A DNA stretch of 64,000 bases from Squalus acanthias (lineage: Eukaryota): the NCBI GenBank assembly GCA_030390025.1, contig CM059432.1, forward strand, positions 128,962,001 through 129,026,000, read 5' to 3'. The notes beneath the pieces were generated by a model. That model was not told where the DNA came from and searched no databases. It saw only the letters and a list, made by a program, of their open reading frames with translations. Every line of letters begins with the position of its first letter. Positions within the stretch are counted from its first letter, which is position 1. Made by a program: the position numbers and the translations under genes. Below are positions 25,281 to 37,515 of this stretch, piece after piece.

Positions 25281-26429
25281 GCTTGGTGTCCATTATAGTT
25301 AGTGCACCCAGAATGGCAATTCAGTGATGGGAGTGGCAATATAATAACCCATCATCCAGTTTTGATATGGTTGATCTAGGTGATATTCAATATCTTATAC
25401 CATGCAGAGTCTATACCCTATGATGTGCTGTATACATGCTGACAATAGTCTATACTTTCATTTTTAGTCCATTTTTAATGCTTGCATACTGACCGAGGAG
25501 GGAAATTTCTTTCCGCCGCTGTATGTTAGCGACATTGTAGGCACAGTGGGAAGATTTCCTCTGATGGCTATTTCTAGTGAAATCATAAAGTTCTTCTTTT
25601 AGAACACTTTCATGGCTCATCTAGAAATAACAGAGACAGTTTTCTATTATGTTAAAGGTGCATCAACACATAGTGACCAGAGGAAGCCTTCCTTTCAAAT
25701 AACAATAACCTTGAATGGGGTATATAGTTTAATGCATACCCCCCATTTCCCAGATACACTGACTATCGCACATCACTATAAATCCTCCACACTATCTTTA
25801 CATCCTGAACAGTTGTAAAAGCAAAATTTCTCTCTATTTCTGAAGTTCGTTTTAACGTTAACTCTGTTGTATCTAATTGAAGTGTCAAATCCCAAACTGC
25901 AATGCTTTTGTAACATAGCAGTTATAAGTTCCAATGCCAGCGTTGATTCTTTTCAGATAAGAGCAATGGGAGGCATTCTTACTAATTGCTACTGTACTTG
26001 TGAACAGATAATTGGATCTTACACCAAGAGTAATGCACTGTGACATCAGTGGCTAGCACAGTATGACCTCTGACTCTCAGTTCTGTCTACAAGATGTGTT
26101 ATAATTGAACTGATGAAAAGAAAGTGAATGTCACTGTCTGTCAGGCTGTCGGCATTGGCGGAGATGCATCTGATTGATGTCTTCCAATAGATCTGTAGCC
26201 ACCAGCCACTTGGAGAACTGGATTTTTATTTTATTTTAAAGAACGTTATTTAGGCACACTGACAAATATGTAAAAATAAATTAAATGAGACATTCCTTCT
26301 ACATATTAAAGCTTCAGCTCTTCTCAGGCAATGTGGCTAGATTTAAAATGAATTTATCATTTGTTGGGTGAAAAACATCTCATTTACTTATCACCTTGTT
26401 TCTTGGCAATGCAGAAATCATACATTGTT

Positions 26430-26570
26430 ACAATAGCAAAATACTGCGGATGCTGGAAAACTGAAATAACAACAGAAAGCGCTGGAAAAACTCAGCAGGC
26501 CAGGCAACATCCGTGGAGAGAGAAACAGAGTTAACGTTTCAGGTCGAAGACCCTTCATCAGAACTGAGAA
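26430..26570 (-). mobile_element. Solo Penelope-like terminal-repeat fragment
   Basis: Carries a minimal hammerhead motif like those of the two PLEs; no ORF. Confidence 0.65.
26529..26565 (-). ncRNA. Minimal type I hammerhead ribozyme motif
   Basis: AGTT-CTGATGA-A-GGGTC-TTC-GACCT-GAAA-CG-T-T-AACT: intact core, stem I AGTT/AACT, palindromic AACGTT. Confidence 0.75.
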
Positions 26571-26837
26571 AAAAGCAGGAAATGAAACAGATACATTGTT
26601 CCCTGATACAATGATCAAAGTGACATCTTTGGTGTCTAATGGCATCAAACAATAGCATTTACATCCCAAAATTAATAAGCAACATTTTTGGCTACAAATA
26701 CTATGTTGGTGTCAAGATAGGAAAGATACTGGAATCTATACTAAAAGAGGTGATAGAAGGTCATCCAGAGACAGAAAATATAATACAAAATAGTCAGCAT
26801 GGATTCTGAAAGGCTAAGTCATGCTTAACATGCTTAT

Positions 26838-27220
26838 GGGTATGGTAGCATAGTTGTTATGTTACTGGACTAGTAATCCAGAGGCCTTAATGAGCTGGAG
26901 ATATGAGTTCAAAATCCCACCATGGCAGCTGGGGAATTTAAATTCAGTTAATTAAAAAAAATCTGGAATAAAAAGCTAGTATCAGTAATGGTGAGCATGA
27001 AACTACTGGATTGTCGTAAAAACCCATCTAATGTCCTTTAGGGAAGGAAATCTGCCAGCCTTACCCGGTCTGGTCTATATGTGACTCCAGACCCACAGTA
27101 ATGTGGTTGACTTTTAACTGCCCTCTGAAATGGTGGCTCACCACCACCTTCACAAGGACAATTAGGGATGGGCAATAAATGTCGGCGACGCCCACATCCC
27201 AGGAGTGAATAAAAAAAACT
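26838..27220 (+). mobile_element. tRNA-derived SINE inserted in a CR1 fragment
   Basis: TAGCATAGTTG...GAGTTCAAAATCCC head, LINE-shared tail and A-tract; CR1 sequence (CAGCATGGATT; GAATTCTTTGAAGAGGTAAC) on both sides. Confidence 0.75.
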
Positions 27221-27316
27221 AACCGGATAGAATTCTTTGAAGAGGTAACGGAAAGAGTTGGGCCGAATGGCCTGTTCCTGACCTGTATATGCTATGTAAA
27301 GATAAGCAGACACTAT

Positions 27317-28052
27317 TGCCTCGATTTTAACTCCCCTCGCCCAGCGAGAATGAACCAGGGGAGGGGTGAAGATTAGGCCGAGTCCACTTACTGGCCTGAA
27401 GTCGCTCCGTTCCAGCCCAGTGCCATTTCATCTTCGCCAACTTTCAAGTGGGCCAAGGCTCCCACTACAGGCAGGCGGGGGACTAGTTTAAATGTAAAAG
27501 TTGTGGCTTGATGATGTAATCAGTGCCGTGAAGTGATCTTAATGGTGAGTCAGGAGGAGATCTGCCCAGTGTCAAACCCGACAACCGAACCTTGGCGGGA
27601 GGCGTCGATTGACCAGAAAAGGCCAGGGTAATTTTTGCAGAATTACTTTTGTGAGAACTCCTTGCGGACCAGGGGTGCAGGAGCACTCCCTCCAGGTCCC
27701 GCAAGGAGTCCTTGGGCCTCCCCAATCCTGGCCTTGTCTCTCCCTCTGCGCCCTGGCATCAGCTGTCGAAGCCCTTGCCCAGCGTTGAGGTTATGCCGCG
27801 GACCGTTCCTTTGGGTCCCCGACGTCCTAAGGCTTCAGACCCGATTTCCCTTTCCCACCCGCCAGCCCTGACGTCGGTCCTGCCGGTTTTGGGTGGGAGA
27901 CAGTGCTGGAATATTTAAATGAGGCCCGGGAGTCAAAATGGCCTGGGCCTCATGCTGAGCTCCCAGTGGGAGAGGGGTTTCCCTCCCACTCTGCTCCCCC
28001 ACCCATCCCGAACGAACCCCACCACCCCCCCTCGCTCCCCAGTAAAAGTTTC
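27317..28052. mobile_element. Degenerate GC-rich MITE-like element
   Basis: Internal similarity to 53683-54408 (ATTTAAATGAGGC; CCCACC..CCAGCC); decayed ends, boundaries approximate. Confidence 0.45.
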
Positions 28053-29459
28053 TCTGTATTGACATGTATGCTTCTGCCACTTTCCAAACATGTCACTAGA
28101 ATTCTTATAGCGAGCCATTTACCTGGCTTGTTATTCACAAGCTCTGTATCATTTGGGGAATTGTATTTTTGTATGGTTTACAGAATCGTGGTGTTGATCG
28201 TGTTTTAAAAAATACGAGACTGCCATCTTTAACCTTGTGTTGTGAGACCGTTTTGCACTCGGCTGTTGTATGTAAGTATTGAATAAAACCTCTGCTCTGA
28301 AGCGCTGTACTCCACTCATCTCCTATTTATTAGCCTGAAAATGTGAGGACGTTGAAGACAAGATAGTCAGAAAATGCCTCAGAATCAAATTTCCTCTTTG
28401 GCTCATTCACAGCAGTGTGATTTCCGGTGAAGTCTTATGAATTATCAACAATCTCACCCCGCTGATGTTTAATAACTATGTTCATAACGTCTTTAAAAAA
28501 GCTCGAGGTTGGATAGATGCAAAAAAGATTACAGGTTCGGTTATTGGGTGCACTAGCCCCTGTAGGTCGAGAAACTGAGGGCATTATTAACAATTGATTA
28601 TTTAAATGTTGCAAATTTAACACAGCATCATCAATGAGGCTTCATCATCTACGAGAAAAGCTAAATGCTCAGCAGAAAGTTAATCTGCTACCGGCGCAAC
28701 TCATACATTTTTAACATTATGCTACTTATACAATGTACCATTAATGTCGCTTATTAAATTCCTATAGGAATGCAAATGATAAAAATATAGAGAGTGACTT
28801 TGAAGAAGTAGGATATGCCAAGTACAATAATCCACTCTTCAATTCAGGCTGGTGAATTATGTGATTGATATTTATTAGAAACCACATATTATAACACAGA
28901 ATTTGCTGTGTCATGATAGTTTTGACTTGCAAGCTGAATAAAAAAATTGGCTTGACTCAGCTCTTCTGGAGCCATCCTTGTTTGTCTGTTTAGATGTGCA
29001 TTGTTACGTGATGTAGAAAAGAAAGACATAATAAAGAGAAGAAAGACGTGGTCGATGTGGCCATACCTCTTTGCCTGCAGTAATGGATACAGTTTCCAGC
29101 TGTCAGTCCCTCAGCACTGTTTAACAAAATGGTCTCAGAGCCTATGTGGCTCCTACATCGGTGGGTGGCAATCCCACACTGACTGCTGAACAGCCTTGAG
29201 CTGCAATAGAAAAACAAAAGCCACTTAAGATAGCACTACTTTAAAAAATGGTCATGAATGAAAGATAAATTCAGACAGGGTATTTACTTTCACATGCGCA
29301 TTGATCTTTGAACCTTTCTTTGAGAAATGTGCAACTTTAAGAAAAGTAGCTTATTTTGGTTGATCTTTTAACTTAGTTTACTGCTTCTTGGTCTAAAAAG
29401 AACTCAAACCAATTTTATAATCCTGAATAATACAGGTTTTAAAATGTAATCTGAACGTG

Positions 29460-31075
29460 CACTATCTAGGCCCAACCACTGCCCCCCACCTCAACTACAC
29501 CACTATTATCAGGTCCCCCACCATCAACATCTTGGGGATCACCATTGACCAGAAGCTTAACTGGGCCAACCATATCAATACAATAGGTACACGAGTAGGG
29601 CAGTGTAGGGCACTGTGTGATGAGTGGCTGACCTCCTGACCACTCAAAGGGGGAAAAATTCAGTATCGCCCCGTTTGGGGAGCAATTATCGGCCGGGCGC
29701 AAAGATTAACGCCTGGCGCTAATTATCGCCTCCGACTGCAAACTTGACTTTTATCGCTCCTGGAGGTGATTGGAGCGCTAACTCAGGCGCTACACATCTG
29801 TCTTAAGGCGCAAAGGCCGAGGAGCAAGGCGCTAACTCAGAGCGCTGGCGAAGCTCATGTGATGTCAGTCAGCAATGGAACAGAGACACAATAGTGCCGG
29901 CCAGTTCTTAAAGGGGAGGGTTGACCTTGCTTTCCATCCACATCCTGCTCATTGCAGCCTTGAATCTCAGCCTGGAGAGACTTGCACATCAAATCTGCTG
30001 GAAAGAACAATGGAGAGACCCAGGGAAAGAGCTCAGAGTGCAGCCCCCACAGTCTCTTCTAAATCGATACAAGGAAGGGCAAATCAAAATGAACCTGCAA
30101 AGTGCTGCTCAGTACCCAAAATTCCTTCACACAGCGTTGAATCTCTCCAGAAGTCTCTCTCTCTCTCTCTCAGAATGCGTGGTTCAAAAACAAACAAAAA
30201 AAGGCAGGAAGCGGTCGCCTTTAAATAGCGCTCCCCCAGTCCCTTCCTGACTGCAAAATGCTCCCCTCAACCTGTCGTTGCTAGCGGCAGGCGGTAAGGC
30301 AGGGGGCGCCACTCAATATCCGCTCCGGGGCGCTACCGGGGCGTTGCGCACTCGACTGACGTCACGATCTGCTGGCGCAGGAGATCGTGGCGGTACTGTT
30401 TAGCACCGCCGCAAAATGTCTAGTTAATTTTGCGAGCAGCGCAAACATCGCCGCGCCCGGGCGCTAGTTGCTTTGCGCCCCATTAGCGCCCTCTTAAGGC
30501 GCTAACGGGAGGCGCAACCAACTGAATTTTCCCCCAAAGTCTCTCCTCTAACTACAAGGCTCAGGTCAGGCGCGTGCTGGGAGACTCACCACGCGCCTGG
30601 ATGGGTGCAGCCACAACAACACTCAAGAAGCTCAACACCATCCAGAATAAAGCAGTTCACTTGATCGGCTCCCCTACTGCTGAACTCAATTTCCACACTT
30701 CCACCACCAGCGCAATGTCGCTGCAGTGTATACGTTCCCACAGGATGCAATGCAGCAACTCACCAAGCTTACTTCAATAGCAGCAGCCAACCTTGAAACC
30801 TCTACCATTGATAAGGGCAAGAGTGGCAACATCATGGGAACACCATCACCTCCAGGTCACACACTATCCTGAGTTGGACATTTATCGCCGTTCCTTCATT
30901 GTTGCTGGGTCAATATTCTGCTACTCTTTATCTAACACCTTCGTGTGCGCACCATCATGGCAAGTATTGCAGCAATTCAAGGAGAAGGCACACCATCACC
31001 GACTCAGGGGAACTACGGATGGCCAATAAATTTTGCCTTGCTAGTGTCAGCGACATCCTGAGAAAAAAATTTGAA
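29460..31075 (+). mobile_element. CR1/L2-group LINE 3' fragment split by MITE A copy 3
   Basis: SPTINILGITIDQKLNW...TTLKKLNTIQNKA; homologous to 55400-56100. Confidence 0.82.
29649..30535 (+). mobile_element. MITE family A, copy 3
   Basis: Same TIRs and body as copy 1; TSD AAA. Confidence 0.92.
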
Positions 31076-31469
31076 AAATGTTACCTTCTACATAGCCTAA
31101 TCTTCTTGCATGTGCTAGTGCACGAATAATGGGTGAGAGCATTACAGTTTGATAAGCAACGTCTTTTTATTTGGTATATTTTAATAAATGTTTTCCCTTT
31201 TTTAAGTTCTTAGTTCTCAATGCTGCTTACTTAGGCATTTCCACAGCATGGGAGGGGGAAAGGTGGGTGAGGTGCGTGTACAAGGAGCGAAAATGGAACA
31301 GGAAAGCCAACAGCCAACAGCCAGAGCAAAAAAAGCACAGGCGAGAGTCCAGAACTTTAAATAAATAACGGTTGACTCATCAAATAAAGTCATTTCACAC
31401 CCGCCTGTTCTCCTACTCACAAAGTCCCTTACTTTCCAAAACTTTTCCTAAGGTCCTTCATAAGACAGA

Positions 31470-32365
31470 GGGGGACAAATTCAGTCGCGCCCCGTTTGGG
31501 GCGCAAATATTGTCCGGGCGCAAAAATTAGCGCCTGGCGCTAATTATCGCCACTGACTGGAAACTTCACTTTTAACGCCCCGGGAGGTGAGTGGAGCGCT
31601 AAATCAGGCGCTGCACACCTATCTTAAGGCGCAAAGGCCGAGGAGTGAGGCGCTAACTCAGAGCGCTGGAGAAGCACATGTAATGTCAGTCAGCAATGGA
31701 ACACACACACAATGGCACGGGCCAGTTCTTAAAGGGGATGGTTAATCTTGCTTTCCAGCCACATCCTACTCATTGCAGCCTTGAATCTCGGCCTGGAGAG
31801 ACTTGCACATCAAATGTGCTGGAAAGAACAATTGAGAGTACCAGGCAAAGAGCTCAGAGTGCAGCCCCCACAGTCTCTGCTAAATCAATACAAGGAATGG
31901 AAAATCAAAATGAACCTGCAAAGTGCTGCTCAGTACCCAAAACTCCTTCACACAACGTTGAATCTCTCCAGAAGTCTCTCCCTCTCTCTCTCAGAATGCG
32001 TAGTTCAAAAATGGCACCAACAATAAAAGGCAGGAAGCGGTCACCTTTAAATAGCGCTCCCCCTTTCCCTTCATGACTGCAGAACGCTCCCCTCAACCTG
32101 TCGTTGCTAGCGTCAGGCGGTAAGGCAGGGGGCGCCACTCAATATCCGCTCCGGGGCGATACCGGGGCGTTGCACACTCGAGTGACGTCATGATCTGCCG
32201 GCGCAGGAGATCGTGGCGGTAGTGTTTAGCGCCGCCGCCGCAAAATGTCTAGTTAATTTCGCGAGCGGCGCAAACTTCGCCGCGCCCAGGCGCTAGATGC
32301 TTTGCGCCCCATTAGCGCCCTCTTAAGGCACTAACGGGAGGCGCAACCAACTGAATTTTTCCCCC
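31470..32365 (+). mobile_element. MITE family A, copy 4
   Basis: Same TIRs and body; TSD AGA. Confidence 0.92.
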
Positions 32366-33639
32366 AGAATATCTACATTTCCCCATTTATCATTCAATTT
32401 CCAAAAGTTGAGAGTATACACAGAACTGAATTCATAACTCGATGCGATCAAGATGTCTTTAGTTTAAACTTAAACATGCACCAGGAAGTGCCAACAAATC
32501 AATTCTCCTTTTTACAACGACTTCTTAACATCATGATTATCGTTTAGCTAACTTACTTACTCTAGTTCCTAGTCTACCAATCCTACATGGTGCTCCCTGA
32601 GTGGCATGAGGTTGAGTGGTGAGTGGCTGGGATAGTTCCCTGGAGCCTTAGTGATCTGAGGTGACCCATCTCAGGGTAGCTGCTGTCCCTGAAGGACCAG
32701 TTTCCAGCAGACTGGAGCTTACAGGAGCAAAAGGTGCTGGGCCCATCTCCGAAGCCCCCTCATGTGAAGGCATTGGAAGGGGCCTTAAGAAAGCAGGCTC
32801 ACTACCACTCTCCATCTGTGGCCACTCCTTGCAACCCACTGGTGGTGGGCATAGGCTCAGCCATACTACTAATCGGGGTCATCACAGACCGAATAATCTC
32901 AATGAAGTCTTGAATGTTCTGTGAAAGAGTTCTGTTCAAATCATCTATTGAAGCCACCAAAATCCTTAGAAGCTCTTCCTACAGGGCCGGATCAGAGTCT
33001 TCTGCAAACATGAGAAATTTATTGCAATGTGTTGCAGATGCAGGTATTAGACACCGCCCACTTATCCATCACCTCCACGATATGCATGGAAACTGTCTCC
33101 ACTGCCTCCACATGAGATTGATGCTCTCAAATCATGGTTCTTTTGAAGACCGGGCCCTGAGATCTAAGGCTCCTCAACCTATTTGGAGAAACAATACTCT
33201 TCCTCTCTCCCACTTCCGGGTCCTCATTCTCACTAGCCCTCAGCGACTCGCCGGTGACAACCCTTCAAACTGTCTAACTAATTCCTCGTGAGTGGGTGTC
33301 CCTCTGCTGGTGCTTCCATGGAGAAGATGCCAGGATGGAGTTGGTGACAATGTGGCAAGAGCTGTGGATCTAGAAGTGCCCGGGCAGTCATCCGAGTGGC
33401 TGGCCTCGTCCTCCTATGATGTGAAAGACAGATAGGTGACAGCAATACAGCTTGATGAGCAACATCTTTTTTTATTTGGTATATTTTAATAAATGTTTTC
33501 CCTTTTTTAAGTTCGGACCACCCCACTGTGTGAACACAGCGACATTTGCCCTTGAAGAAGTACTGAATGGGTGTAAGGACATTGCAATACTTTAAGAATG
33601 CACAAGAAACTGAAACTACATGAAATGAGCCTTGCCTGG

Positions 33640-34568
33640 CCTTTACCAAACTACTCTTGGCCTCTCCTACTTTCTGTCCATCTGCCTACTATACTTAACG
33701 CCTCCTGATCCTGTGGACTCCAGGTTTTCTGTAATGGAGTTCCTCTCCTGGTTCTCATTCTGTATGCTGGTTGTATGCCTTTTTTTCCCTTCGGAAGGAG
33801 AGAACACAATGCTACAGGCCTGTGAATGTCGAGGAAACTTGCCCCATTCATGCCATGATGAGGAGAGGTGAAGGTGCCTTGTCCCTTTAAATGAAATGTC
33901 TGTGAAGACTACCAGAAGCCCTTGTGGCAGGGTCAGTGATTCAGAGAATGGTTTTGAGTAACAAAGGTGTTTGGAAAGGTTGCCCTTAGCAGAAGTGAGT
34001 TTCCCTGCCACCCAGTCGCTGAGAAAGGGTATCATGGTTAAGGCAGTGAGTGAAGCGGTTTGTCTGATAGAGGATGTGTATTGGCATCAGAACCTCAACT
34101 TATCTTGGCCACCATTGTAAGGTCATTGAACCTCTTTCTCCAATGTTCGCAGTTCTTGGGGTGGTGCAGGTTGTACTGGTTGTTTCTGCCACCTACCTCC
34201 CTACAGCCTGGACCACCCTCCTATGGCGCTTTCTGCCCTCAGAGTCCATCCTGGCTCTCATTTCTGCCAGCAGCACCTCCACTGGTCCATCAGAAAATCT
34301 GGGGGCATTTCCAGCTGTTGACACCCCCGAGGCTGCTGTTCCTTCTGCCATCCTGTTCAGCTGTGATGGTACCATTGATCGGGCTCTTCTCTCCCAGTGG
34401 CGATAAGCCGATGGAGGATGGTTGGCTGGCCTCCAAACCACCCTGCATGGCCAATGGCGGTTCTGGGAGGAAATTCAGTGGGTAGCGACAGTTTCACAAT
34501 GGTGGGTGTTTGGAGCACCCCACTGCAAAGCCCACCCTCCCCGCCCCAACAGGAGGAGAATTCAGACC
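33640..34568 (-). mobile_element. Harbinger fossil carrying a Myb/SANT-like gene remnant
   Basis: APRFSDGPVEVLLAEMRAR...; WRKRFNDLTMVAK at about 34105-34145; TIR-like GGTCTGAATTCTCC near 34568. Extent toward lower coordinates is uncertain. Confidence 0.65.
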
Positions 34569-34914
34569 TGGATACCAGACATATTAGAATGCTATTTGTT
34601 CACTATTCCCCCTTCTTCATTCAGAATGCCTTGGCTCCACCTCTGCCCCTTCAGCTTGAATGATGGAATAGTCTAAGCTGTCGACTTATCTGCAAACTAT
34701 CAGCAATGCTATCAGGTGTGTTTCTGTTGGGTGGAACTGCTCTAATCATTCTAACATTTTTCCCTCCCCAGGATGAGGTTCCATTAACATTTAAAGCTAG
34801 AGTTACAACTTCCTGTTTGGGAGTCAGACACTCCACCACAGGGGCTACCAAGCCATCTTGTGAAGTGCCCTTTTTTTCATGCAGTCTTACAAAAGATGGA
34901 ACGTTTCATTAAGT

Positions 34915-35597
34915 CATACATATGAACATACGAACAATGATGGACAGGTAAAGACCCTCTGGTCCATCGAGCCTGTCCCACACCATTGCGATACCTTGTG
35001 TATCAGCATATATACACTCTCCACCCGACCCGAAACCACATGATCTCCTGGGAGAGGCAAAAAAAACAGATAAAAAACTCAGTCCAATTTGGGGGAAAAA
35101 AATCTGGGAAATTCCTCTCCGACCCATCTAGGCGATCGAAACGAGTCCAGCAGATCACTCTGGCCCTGAATTTGCTGCAGTACCTACCTTCAGTCCTTCT
35201 GTAAGAGGGGAATCTCCACCCCAGCCAGAAACAGGTCCCGATCCCGCTTGAAGGAATTCAGCGAATCAGCATCCACCACACGAGACGGCAGCCTGTTCCA
35301 GAGGTCGACTATTCTCTGGGAAAAGAACCACCTCCTGACATCTGACCTAGATCTGGCCTAACACAACTTAAATTTGTGACCCCTGGTCCTCCCGAATCTA
35401 TTTAATTGAAACAAACTGTCAACTGGAACACAATCTATTCCCTTCATTATCTTATAAACCTCAATCGGATCACCTCTAAGGCTACGCTTCTCTAAAGTGT
35501 AGACTCCCAACTCTTTTAGCCTATCTTGATAACCAAGATGCTTTAAACTGGGAATTAGTCTAGTGGCCTTCCTCTGCATCTTTTCCAAAGCCTCAAT
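34915..35597 (-). mobile_element. CR1 3' fragment with long 3' UTR
   Basis: EKMQRKATRLIP...LRGDPIEVYKIMKG...TRGHKFKL; UTR similar to 3610-3960. Confidence 0.85.
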
Positions 35598-35604
35598 AGA
35601 CCAG

Positions 35605-36336
35605 GGCCTAAAAATTCGGTTGCTTTGCGCCTCCCATTAGTGCCCTAAGAGGGCACTAACGGGGCGCAAAGTAACTAATGCCTGGGCGCAGCGCTGCCAA
35701 CACCTCCCACGAAATTCAGCGGGAGGTTAGCGGCGGCAGTAACCGTTAGCGCCCCACACCGCTGCGCCGCCAGCGATGACGTCATCGCGTGTGCAGCGCC
35801 CCGCTCGCGCCCCGGCCACGATCTTCGGTAGCACCATCTGACTTACCGCCGGACGCTATGTCCGACAGGGTCAGAGGGGCCTACCTGCAGCCGGGGTGAC
35901 GCAAGTTAAAGGGGAGGTGCCGGGCGGCCATTTTTGTTGCTGGCCGCCTGCCAGCACCTGCCCCCGTTGCCGTCCCCGGCCTCCTGAGCAACCCCCCCGC
36001 GGAGTGCCGGCTACGCTCCGTGAGCCCGGCACTTCTCTTGAGTGCCGAGCTCTTTTGCCGGCACTCTGATCCCTGGTGGCCCAGCTGGGCCACGGGTTGT
36101 GCTGCGCTAGGCCCCTCCCCTTTAATAAGGGGAGGAAGGCCTGCAGTACCCCGGCGCGACGTGCCGTGATATTCATTTGCAGCACCCCAAGAGGGAGGTG
36201 GGGTGCTTCCAGTAGCGCCCCGCCTCCCTCTTGGGGCGCTACTGCTGAATTTCGGCCGCGGGGGCTTTAATTTTTTCGGGTGTAGTGCCCCGGTGAAGTT
36301 AGCGCCCCAAAGGAGGCGCGACCCAATTTTTCCCCC
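35605..36336. mobile_element. Harbinger-type MITE sharing family A termini
   Basis: GGCCTAAAAATTCGGTTGCTTTGCGCCTCCC / CCAATTTTTCCCCC; TSD CAG; core differs from family A. Confidence 0.85.
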
Positions 36337-37167
36337 CAGGAGTAAAAGTTCTCAATTGGGGAAAGGCCAATTTTACTAAGCTGAGATGTGATTTAGCAAA
36401 AGTGGACTGGAAACAGCTACTTGAAGGTAAATCAGTGTCAGAGCCGTGGGAGGCATTCAAGGAGGTGATAGTGAGGGTGCAGAACAAATATGTTCCCAGA
36501 AAGAAAAAGGGTGGGACTCCCAAATCTAGAGCCCCCTGGATGTCAAGGAGTATACAGGGTAGGATAAGGAAAAAAAGGGAATCTTTTGTCAGAAACCGAG
36601 AGCTCAATACTGCAGAAAGCCTAGAGGAGTTTAGAAAGTGCAGGTCTGAAATTAAAAAGGAAATTAGGAAAGCAAAGAGAGGCATGAAAAAAATATGGCA
36701 AGTAAAATCAAGGAAAACCCAAAGACGTTTTATAAAGAGCAAGAGGATAACTAAAGAAAGAGTAGGGCCTATTAGAGACCAAACAGGTAACCTGTATGTT
36801 GCGGCGGAAGGCGTGGGTATGGTTCTTAATGAATACTTTGTGTCTGTCTTCACAAATGAAAGTGACGATGCAGACATTGTAGTTAAGGAGGAGGAGTGTG
36901 AAATATTAGATGAGATAAACATAGCGAGAGAGGAAGTATGAAGGGGTTTAGCATCTTTGAAAGTAGATAAATCGCCAGGCCCGGATGAAATGTATCCCAG
37001 ACTGTTAAAAGAAGCAAAGGAGGTAATAGCGGCGGCTCTACCATCATTTTCCAATCCTCTCTGGCTACAGGTATGGTCATGATGCGGAGATGCCGGTGTT
37101 GGACTGGGGTGGACAAAATTGAGAGGTCGCACAACACCAGGTTATAGTCCAACAGTTTTATTTGAAA

Positions 37168-37205
37168 TCACAAGCTTTCGGAGTTACTACTCCTTCGTCG
37201 GGTGA
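37168..37205 (-). ncRNA. Minimal hammerhead-like motif (core variant CCGACGA)
   Basis: TCAC-CCGACGA-A-GGAGT-AGTA-ACTCC-GAAA-GC-T-T-GTGA. Confidence 0.65.
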
Positions 37206-37515
37206 AGTAAAGAGATACAGAATCGCCAAAGCATATATAGATAGAGAACAATGCATGTGTACCTTACAATTGCAGACAACTAAATTAAATCATCCTGACT
37301 GTTTATCTGCCGAGGTGTGATAAAGTTAATCAGGTCAGCCAGGAAGGTACCACATCAAAGACATAACAAGATACAACTGAGACAATGAGGTGGAGTCGCA
37401 GGGGGTCTAACGTGTCAAAAGCTGCCATCTGTATGTAAAACGATAAGCTTTAAAATTTTTACTTTTTTACTGGGAATCACATCTGTGAACAAGCCAACGA
37501 CGACTCGAGTCCGGA

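Noticed and set aside
35605..36336. CpG-island promoter of a host gene
   Set aside because: The CpG-rich tract is bounded exactly by TIRs and a 3-bp TSD.
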